Source: Octopus bimaculoides
Lineage: Eukaryota
DNA length: 43,301 bases
Direction: 5' to 3'
Assembly: GCF_001194135.2 (NCBI RefSeq)
Contig: NC_068991.1
Span: 32,088,181 to 32,131,481, forward strand
Part shown: in pieces, positions 34,438-43,301 of the stretch
How positions within the stretch are numbered: position 1 is the stretch's first letter
Layout of the letters: every line of letters begins with the position of its first letter
Position numbers and translations under genes: made by a program
Notes under the pieces: model-generated
Told to the model about the DNA's origin: nothing
Database searches by the model: none
Seen by the model: only the letters and a program-made list of their open reading frames with translations

Positions 34438-34733
34438 GGTGTAGGAGTGGCTGTGTGGTAAGTAGCTTGCTTACAAACCATATGGTTTCGGGTTCAGTTC
34501 CACTGCGTGGCACCTTGGGCAAGTGTCTTCTACTATAGCCTCAGGCCGGCCAAAGCCTTGTGAGTGGATTTGGTAGATGGAAACTGAAAGAAGCCCGTCG
34601 TATATATGTATATATATATGTGTGTGTATGTTTGTGTGTCTGTGTTTGTCCCCCAGCATCGCTTGACAACCAATGCTAGTGTGTTTACGTCCCCGTAACT
34701 TAGCGGTTCGGCAAAAGAGACAGATAGAATAAG
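34438..34733 (+). mobile_element. Near-intact tRNA-derived CORE-type SINE (resembles the Octopus OR1/OR2 type)
   Basis: A box tggctgtgtggt, B-box-like gggttcagttcc, CORE-like ccttgggcaagtgtctt, internal TA/TG microsatellite and 3' module. Confidence 0.85.
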
Positions 34734-36504
34734 AAATGTGTGTGTGCATGTGTGTAATAAATAAGTATTCACAAAGGCATGTATGTATGGTCGTGTATAC
34801 ATGTGTAGCAGGGAGTTAGAGACATTCTTGGGAGAGTAGTTACATGAATAGGGAGGCAAATTGGTCAGGATGTAGGCAGTTTTAATAAGTTTGTAGTTTA
34901 GTGAGTGGGTGGGTAGGTAAGTAGGTAGCCAGTCAAATATGGCAGGTAGATAGGTAGCCAGCCAGTCAAATATGAAAACAAAACTATTAAATTCCCCAGT
35001 TACCACTAAAGCAAGGTTTAAAGTTGCAAGTTTCTAAGATGCACAGATCTGCAGGGTATACCTGCTAGGTGACTCCAAAGTGGAAGTAAGCTGAAAAATA
35101 GAAGTGGGAGGAGGCAAAGTGGAGTTAATTTGGCAAGTAGTCAGATGGATTTAAAGAACCAAATCAGTGAACATGCAACCATTCCTTATTCCCAACATTT
35201 GAAGAACTTACTCAAAGAATTATCAAGTTCTTCATTGGATGCTCCAACATCTATAAAAAGGTAGAAATAACAAATAAATAGATTAATAAATTTAGTTAAT
35301 TGAATTATTAATTTTATAATTTATTTTTAAATGAGATATTCCTTTAGAGAAGAAGCAAGAACAAGATAAAAAAAACTCTTAATGAAAAATACTGGAATTC
35401 CAGATTTTTTCTTTTTCTTTTACTAAATCCACAGATGTATTCGGACCAGACACCGCCCTTCATCCTGTCTTGAGACACTACACATGGCTGCACATTCCTT
35501 TGTAAATCAACTAATAGACTTCACTGTGACAAACTCAAACTTTATAAAGGTGTATAGTATAGTCAATAAAACTGATCCATTCTTTGTCTTAATCTATAGC
35601 CTCATTTAACAACACTAATGGGGCCACATTGTTTAACACCAAGGCATAGGTCCACTTTGTTTAACATCAAAACCTAGCCTCCCCTGGGTGTTTGGAATAC
35701 AGTCTACACTATTGCAAAGTTCAGACCAGGTCACCAATCTGAGGATATTAAAACCTTCCTCTGTCTCTTCCTCACAAAAACACCACATTCTCATTCCCCA
35801 GAAAGAAAAGAAAAAAGAGAAAAAAAATCAGGCACAACCCAGATCTTTTCTGTTTGGCTACACCTGTGGAAATTTTAAAGTTTGGTGAAAATTTTAAAAT
35901 TTGATATATTTATGTAATTTTCCACGCTGAATCTCAGGGGCTAATGCATAAAAATAATTTTTAATTCCATTAGACATTCTAAAATACTATTAAATTTCAT
36001 TCAATTTTAAAAAAGGTAAAATCGGACAGAACTTATGGGATGACCTGATATTTCTGATTTTTAATAGAGGTAATGGTGTAGAAGTAATAATTTGCTTCTA
36101 ACTATTATTTAATACAATAGTATATAGCCATGATATTATATAGTAATGCCACTATATAGCACAAGTACTGTATAACATCACTATTATGAGTGGGTAATAA
36201 AATGTTCCTGGTTTTGGGTAAAAGAAAATACAAGAGGATCAGTTAATTATGATTTTATTCAACATGTTCCCCTCTCAGGTTTACACACTTATTGCAGCAG
36301 TCCTTCAGTTTTTCTAAGCCCTGTAAAAGAACTCTTGGACCTCAAACCAAGCCTGTCACGATACCCTTAAAGCTAGAAACTTTTCAGCACTCCCTGAAAT
36401 ATAGCACCCAACTACTACTACAACGCTACTATATAGCAACAATGCTATTGTTATAGAAGTATATGGCAAGATTAAGTTACTTTTATGGAGTAAAGTACTT
36501 TATA

Positions 36505-36648
36505 AAATAGCTATATGGTCAAGAAGTTCACTTCACAAGTAGATGATTCCAGGTCTGATCACAGTTCTCTGCATCTTAGACAAGTGACTTCTACCTGAGC
36601 CTCAGATCAACCAAAGTGACATTTGGATGATGGGTACTACCCCATGTA

Positions 36649-36731
<83 letters not shown>

Positions 36732-37110
36732 GCGTGCGTGTGTGTGTGTGTGTTTGTGCGTGTGTGCGTGCATGCGTGCGTGTGTGTGTGTGTGTGGAGA
36801 GAGAGAGAGAGAGAGAGAGAGAATAGCTAGGTCAATGTTGGGAACAGAAATGAACGAGGGAGTCAGGTCAACAATCTTAGTTTCAGTGGAAAATCAATCA
36901 AAGAGCTTCTATGAGGTTACTCAAACCTGCTAGATAATGTGGTAAAATCTCCTTCAAATCATATCTACCATCTAAATTAAAGAAGGACATGTTGGATAAT
37001 GTAATCCTAGATAGAGTGTAATTGAATAAAATATGGAATGGTCATGATCAGAGTACATTTGATCATAGGTGTACTGGATTATAACTGACCTGGATAAACA
37101 ACAAGAATAA
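36505..37110 (+). mobile_element. Decayed CORE-type SINE with a large internal (TG)n/(AG)n tract and the dispersed 3' module
   Basis: Head ctatatggtcaagaagttcac, core cttagacaagtgacttct, microsatellite 36652-36822, tail ctgacctggataaacaacaag. Confidence 0.6.
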
Positions 37111-37580
37111 AATAGAAAAAGTTCTTGATATTATAGACTACCAAACAGAATGAGTTGCAACACCAAAGTTAATGATGAGAGACACAGATATAGTCATAAA
37201 CTTGCTGGCTGGTGAAACAATACGATCCTTAAGAAACATTTTCTTTTCTAAAAAATAGGAGTAAAAAATATTTTAAAGCTAAACAAGATACAAGGCAATT
37301 AATGATAATCATGCAATATTCAAACTGCATCAAACAGCAAAGCTTAGCAGCTTAATCTTATAGAATTAGTCATTTGTAAGCTGATTAACTTTAATTAAAG
37401 CCAAGACTGAAAAATAAATATTTAACAAAATTAATGGAAGAAATATAAAAATGAGTAATTGTTCCTATTTGTTCACACTGAATTGTGAAAAAGAAAACAT
37501 GTGCTTCTCCAAATGCTTTGTTGGAGAAAAAAAAAATTCGTTTTTGTCAACGTGAGTTATTGCCCCTGTCGGCTGGGACG

Positions 37581-37584
<4 letters not shown>

Positions 37585-37669
<85 letters not shown>

Positions 37670-37680
37670 GAGAGAGAGAT
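37585..37680. repeat. (TG)n-(AG)n microsatellite
   Basis: Direct reading. Confidence 0.98.
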
Positions 37681-38516
37681 GTATGTGAATGTGTGTTTAT
37701 TGTTTGTTGTTGCTTACTCTCAGTTCACCTCTGAGTGAGCAGACTTATGATAGAAGACATTTCAACAATAGCAATTTCACGTCTATATACTGAACACAAC
37801 ATTGTCCAATGTATCCTTCTTGTACAATTTAATTGTTAAGTCTAGTATTTCAAGCAAGCACATAGATGTTGGCTTATGTCCATCTTGTTAAATGAATACA
37901 TGTTGAGATTTGAGGGAGAGTATAGTCGATTATAGTAATCTCTGGTTTTATTTAATCTTTCCTTGAGAAAGAAATGTAATGTCAATCACAGTGGGATTTG
38001 AACTTGAAACATAATAAACCATAATTAAATAATACTGATTTAGCCATCTCTTGCCATTCACACACACACACATTAGGCTTTATTGATTGCTTATTATTTT
38101 TAGTAATAACCACAAATCAGAAAAAAGCCTCTTAGCTTAAAAAGTAAAATGTCAACTAATATGAGGTCATAGTAAATAAACAAATAAATAATAATAATAG
38201 TATCTTTGAAATAACCGGCTGGTTGTTAATCAGATTATAATGAAGAGAGAAATGTATAAGATGTAGAGAGGGGGAGGTTGTGGATACACACACAAGCACT
38301 CACACACCCATCCACACACACACACCAAGTGGTGATGATGATGAGACGGTGGCTGTTGGTGGATACGATAGATTGATACATGAATTGGGGTGCGAGAGGA
38401 GAAAGTTAACTATGGAAGAGGTTGAGTTGTCATATTTTGTGATAAAGATGTGAGTTTGTAGTTTTATGCCAACCTAAGTTTCATTAAGCTGTGGTTTAAG
38501 TGAATTAGTGACAGGA

Positions 38517-38519
<3 letters not shown>

Positions 38520-38561
<42 letters not shown>

Positions 38562-38620
38562 GAGAGGAGAGGAAGGAGACACAATGGAGAGAGAGAGAGA
38601 AATGAGAGAAAGAAGAGACA
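38520..38620. repeat. (AG)n-rich tract
   Basis: Direct reading. Confidence 0.95.
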
Positions 38621-39299
38621 ACGGCATGCCAAAATGTAAAAACTGATCACCTATTTTGTTGTTTATATTTCAAATAAAGAATTTTGTATGAATGAGATTT
38701 TTTTAAAGAAGAGAAAGCATAGTTGGCAAAATGACTAAATTACTAGTAAGTGAACAGACCACTCCTTATAAGAAAATGAACTGATGGATGATGTGTTGGA
38801 TGATTCACAGTGGATAGTGGACACTTGATTAAAGTGTAGGGGCACTCTTCCCCATCACAGCTTAATATTTCAAGTTATTTCTCTTGGCTGATTTTTCCTG
38901 ATGCAAATTATTCTGGCTGAAAATCATAGCCTTTCTCTTTGTAATACCTACTGACAAACAAAACCAGTTTCATCAGAACACTTGATGAGGTTCAATGGAA
39001 ATAAAACATGTTTATGGTTGTCTCCCTTGGTTACAAAAGAGATTACAAAATTAATAAAATTCATGAATTTTTGAAAATTATCCCCCCATTTCTTTGAGTG
39101 TCATAAACAATAACCACTAAGTTTTTGTTTTCTTCCTCTTACTGAGAGGCAAATCTCATTTATGATTTTATGTACATCATCAGCTAATGTAATGTCCAGT
39201 TTAGTTAGTAAACATAAAGGGAACTGATCACTGTAAAAATAAGGTGGACTGGTTGATCACAATATATCAAAGTGAGCTGGCTGATCATTATAAACATTA

Positions 39300-39410
39300 A
39301 TTGCACTGGCTGACTCCTAGTATTTATTTTATTGACCCCAGAAGGATGAAAGACAAAGCTGACTTAGGTGAGATTTGAACTCACGACAGACAACCACAAA
39401 TAGCAGCTCA
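39300..39410 (-). mobile_element. tRNA-related SINE fragment (another decayed copy near 37900-38050)
   Basis: attgaccccagaaggatgaaagacaaagctgacttaggtgagatttgaactc. Confidence 0.6.
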
Positions 39411-40240
39411 GTATTAGTGATGAGTTCAGATTGTGTAGTTGGCTTGTGGCATCAGAAAGGAACATCAACACAACCCTACAAGGCTACAAGGGGTATCTCT
39501 ATGTGGTTATTCTACCAGCAAGAAATTAGAGTCAAATCTTCTTCAAATTATGGACTTACCATCTTAACAAAAATGGTCTCTCTGGATAATATAGTTCTAG
39601 ATCCATTATATATGAATAACAGATGGCATGGTCATGGTTGGAACATGTTTGATGAAGTCTGACCTGGAGTTAAACAACAGCAACACAACTCCGTTTTCAA
39701 ATCTCTCACTGTCTATTCAGAGTGGCAGGTCAATGAACAAATACAAAATTAAACTGAACACAAAGAAAAAAATGAGGTTTAAGTTATTGTTTAGTTCCAG
39801 GGCAACCAACAAATCTATCATAAGAAATTGTCCTGCTATGACTACCCCAAATTTTTATATATCTTGATTACACTGTCTAATGTAGTTTTCTTTTCTTTTT
39901 AAGATAGCAGATGTAATTTGAAAGTATGTTTGGCTGCTATTTCAAGCAGATTATGTAACCATGAAGTTGCCCCCTTTGCTGACTTATGAAGGTGTTCTTG
40001 ATGATCAATAACACTGTGACTTGACATTCAATACTGTTGTCACTATTTGAAGAGTGGACAGGTTCTTCATCACATGAAGTTAATACTGATATAGTTTTGA
40101 GTAGGAGTTGCTATTGTTGTGTATGAGTGCAGTAGTGATCTAGAAGTAACTGATCAACAAGTCACTGCTTGAACAGTTCAATATGACAGTCAGATCATCT
40201 TCTAAAACCAGATGATGATGATGATGATAATAATAATAAT

Positions 40241-40830
40241 ATTACCAGTCAATGTATGCCACTCGCCTAGAAGGAATATAAGAGACGCTACGACAATATA
40301 ACAAGGCTTGTCCATTGGACACTTTGCAACAAGTATGGACTTGACAGCAAAAAATTGGCACAACCATAAACCTGAAGGCATCGTTGAAAATGATAATGCA
40401 AAGACCCTGTAGGATTTTATGATTCAGTGCAACCATGAGATAGAGAATAGGAAGCCAGACATAGTCTTAATTGAGAAAGAAAGCAAACTATGCTGGATCA
40501 TAGATATAGCATGCCCAGCTGACAACAAGGTATGCGATAAGGAAGAAAGAAAAGTCGATAGATATGACAGGTGAGCTTGGGAGGTTAAGCAGTTGCGGTT
40601 GATGAAAAAGGTGGTAGTAGTACCAATAATTGTAGGAGCCCTGGGAACAGTGAGTAAAAATCTTGAGAAGTACATGGAACAAATAGGGGCTGCAATAAGG
40701 GTGGAGCACTTGCAGAAAACAGCACTACTTAGAACTTCTCAAAAAATAAGGGGTGTTACCTCAGTTCATTGGTAGAGAACAGCTGACACTGTAGTAGTAC
40801 ATCTACAGCATTAGAAGCTGTGCAAAGGCA

Positions 40831-40874
<44 letters not shown>

Positions 40875-40876
40875 AA
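40241..40876 (+). mobile_element. 5'-truncated R4/Dong-like non-LTR retrotransposon (restriction-like endonuclease region plus 3' UTR)
   Basis: EYKRRYDNITRLVHW, RKPDIVLIEKESKLCWIIDIACPAD (PD..D motif), KVDRY, VVPIIVGALG, LQKTALL. Starts directly after (TAA)n and ends in a trinucleotide tail. Confidence 0.88.
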
Positions 40877-40884
40877 TATATACA

Positions 40885-41432
40885 CACATTGAAGGTAAAA
40901 ATGACACTATCCTCTGAAATTTTCCAGTCAACACCAACAGAACGATCCAGGCTAATTGACCAGATATAGTCATTAAAGACGAGGAAGAAAATACTTGTAG
41001 ACTTAATAGATGTAAGTGTTCCCACTGATAAAGGAATTTGACAAATTAAGTAAATATAAGTACCTGGATATTGAAATACAAAAAAATGTGGCATCTTAAA
41101 GTGAGAACTGTTCCTGTTATTATGGGCGGCCTAGGTATAAGAAAGGGATGTCAGAAACATTGAGATAACATCCCAGGAGAACCATGTCTCAGAGAAATCC
41201 AAAAGATTGTGCTGACAAGTACTGCACACATTCTTGGCAAAACCCTATTAATTTAAATGTTTGTGTTTTATTACATGAAGGTATTTCGCTACTGTCCCTG
41301 CCACTTCCCCTCCCCAAGCTCTCAGTCATACTGGAACATCTCTTAACCTTCATTCACCCTAGGATGTTGGGTGTGTCTTGGCAAGTGACTGTAATAAACA
41401 TGTAGATTAAAAGTAAATAATAATAATAATAA
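40885..41432 (+). mobile_element. Second, different R4/Dong-like 3' fragment with (TAA)n tail
   Basis: PDIVIKDEEENTC-LIDVSVPTD, KLSKYKYLDIEI, VPVIMGGLG, EIQKIVLTSTAHIL, with frameshifts. Confidence 0.82.
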
Positions 41433-41444
41433 ACACTTTCAATA

Positions 41445-41566
41445 CAGTAACCATCAGAGCATGACAGCAAACCACAGCACATACCCAAGGCACACAGAGC
41501 TGCGCTCGGTACTGCAGTGAAAGCACATTATCAAAATAAAACTACTGAATAATAATAATAATAATG
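41445..41566 (+). mobile_element. Short 3'-terminal remnant of a third (TAA)n-tailed element
   Basis: cacatacccaaggcacacagagctgcgctcggt...aaaataaaactactgaataataataat; assignment rests on the tail and the context only. Confidence 0.45.
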
Positions 41567-41772
41567 GTTTCAAATTTTTCCACAAGGGCAGCAATTTTGA
41601 GGGAGGAGATAAGTCGATTGACTCCAGTATTCAACTGGTACTTATTTTATTGATCCTGAAAGACGAAAGGTAAAGTCGACCTCAGTGGAATTTGAACTCA
41701 GAACATAGCAACAGGTGAAATACAGCTAACCATTTCATCCAGCATGCTAACGACTCTGTCAGCTTACTGCCT
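41562..41772 (-). mobile_element. tRNA-related SINE, near full length, in the same (TAA)/(CAA) tract
   Basis: ggtttcaaatttttccacaagggcagcaatttt...gtcgacctcagtggaatttgaactcagaac...gctaacgactctgtcagctta. Confidence 0.85.
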
Positions 41773-41788
41773 TAACAACAACAACAAC

Positions 41789-43203
41789 TTCACAAAAACT
41801 GAGGCAGAACTGGACAGCCTAGTCCAGTCTGTGCGGATTTTCTCCAATGACATTAAGATGGAGTTTGGACTCTCAAAATGTGCTACAATGGTGATAGAAC
41901 AAGAAAAGCTTACCAGGACAGAAGGCATATGGCTACCAAGTAGTGAAATGATGAAAGCAATTCAACCTCAATCCAACTAAAAATACCGGGGAATACTTGA
42001 GGCAGAAGGAATCAAACACTACAACATGAAGGAAAAGACAAAAAGAGAGTACCTGCGGTAAGTGAAGAAAATACTGACTTCAGACCTGAATACCAGAAAC
42101 ATAATTTCAGCAATAAACTCGTGCACAGTTGTAGTAGTTTGTTATGGTGCTGGAATCCTGAAGTGGACAGAGGAGGAGCTAGAGGAGATGGACAGGAAGT
42201 CAAGACAGCTCCTAAAGATGCATGGAGCCCATCATCCACGTGCAGACACTGATCGCCTATACATGAAGAGAGCAACTGGAGGAAGGGGACACATAAGTGT
42301 CTAAGACTGCGTGCATATTGAACATGAGAGCTTAATGAGATACCTAGCCCAAAGTAAGGAAACCTTGCTAGTGACAGTTAGCAACGAGGGAAAACAAAGG
42401 AAGAAGTACAAAAAGGACATGAAGAATTACACAAGAAGGGACTGCACAAACAATTCCATGTAGCCACAACAGAAGTTGCTGGAAAAAACAGGTGGGATTG
42501 GCTGATGAAAGGAACCCTAAAAAAAGAGATCGAAAGCACTATACTGGCAGTGCAGGACCAAGCTTTGGCCACGAACTGGAGGGTCAACCATAGGAATGAG
42601 CAAGTGTCTTCTCTGTGTCACATCTGCTATAGAGTGGATGAAATCATTGCTCATATCACAAATGAATGCCTTAGACTTGCCCAAAATCACTACAAGTTGT
42701 GTCAACACAATCAGGTAGTGAAAGTGTTACATTGGAAACTGTGCAAAAAGTGGGGGTTAGAGAGAGGCAAGACGTGGTATAAGCACAGACAGCAGAGAGT
42801 AGCAGAGTTGGAGATTAGCAAAATCCTCTGGGATTTCCAACAGACCAGACCTAGTGGTGGTGGGCAAGGTGCACCGCATATGCTGTATAGTTGATGTTGC
42901 ATGCCCCTTTGACCCATAAATCATCAAGAAGGAAGATGAAAAAATAGATAGATACAACCTTCTTAAATACGAAATAGCCCGGCTACGGAAAATGAAGAAG
43001 ATGAAGATAATGCCAATTATTGATGGGTCCTTGAGAACAGTATCAGAAGGCATCAAGAGGAATATAAAGGAAACTGGAATACAATGCCCAGTAGAACAGT
43101 TACAAAAGGTTTGCCTCTTTGGAATGAACAGCATGATATCATAGGCTGCAGGTAGTAAGCTCGCTACGCATACAAGACTCCAGAAGCTCCAACAGAACCT
43201 GAG

Positions 43204-43254
<51 letters not shown>
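41789..43254 (+). mobile_element. 5'-truncated R4/Dong-like LINE (distal RT, zinc knuckle, restriction-like endonuclease, 3' UTR, (TAA)n tail); disrupted
   Basis: LVQSVRIFSNDIKMEFGLSKCA, KYxGILEAEG, AINSCTV, HPRADTDRLYMKRATGGRG, ILAVQDQAL, CHIC...HITNEC (CCHC), RPDLVVV...IVDVACPFD, EKIDRY; (TAA)n at 43204-43254. Confidence 0.92.
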
Positions 43255-43301
43255 GGCTACTGTGAAATAGTTTTTGCGACTGCATGTCCTTCCTAATGCC
43301 A

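Overview
Eukaryotic, AT-rich, microsatellite- and transposon-dense genomic DNA with four assembly gaps. The repeat content (tRNA-derived SINEs, an RTE LINE with a (GAT)n tail, R4/Dong-like LINEs in (TAA)n tracts) points to a coleoid cephalopod, most likely Octopus; this is inferred from recalled repeat families, not from a search. Most ORFs in the supplied track are microsatellite read-throughs, antisense shadows of transposon relics, or N-gap artefacts. Reading splice signals by hand gives a probable minus-strand gene of unknown function spanning at least 31268 to 4745. It has an ATG exon (31169-31268) and several small exons that all start and end in intron phase 1 (20014-20061, 9242-9274, 4745-4900; weaker candidates 29103-29177, 25245-25280, 16566-16589). 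No gene name can be assigned. Transposons with readable ends or catalytic motifs include an internally deleted mariner, a DD37D (maT) relic, a hAT element with a perfect 8-bp target-site duplication (TSD), three TTAA-flanked piggyBac-like MITEs, a 5'-truncated RTE LINE, a Penelope-like fragment and a pile-up of R4/Dong-like elements. The most unusual observations are the all-phase-1 microexon chain, a MITE inserted into the TTAA of a candidate splice acceptor, and two long hairpins about 2-3 kb upstream of the ATG exon. I see no clear evidence for a wholly new biological system. Boundaries of decayed repeats are approximate.
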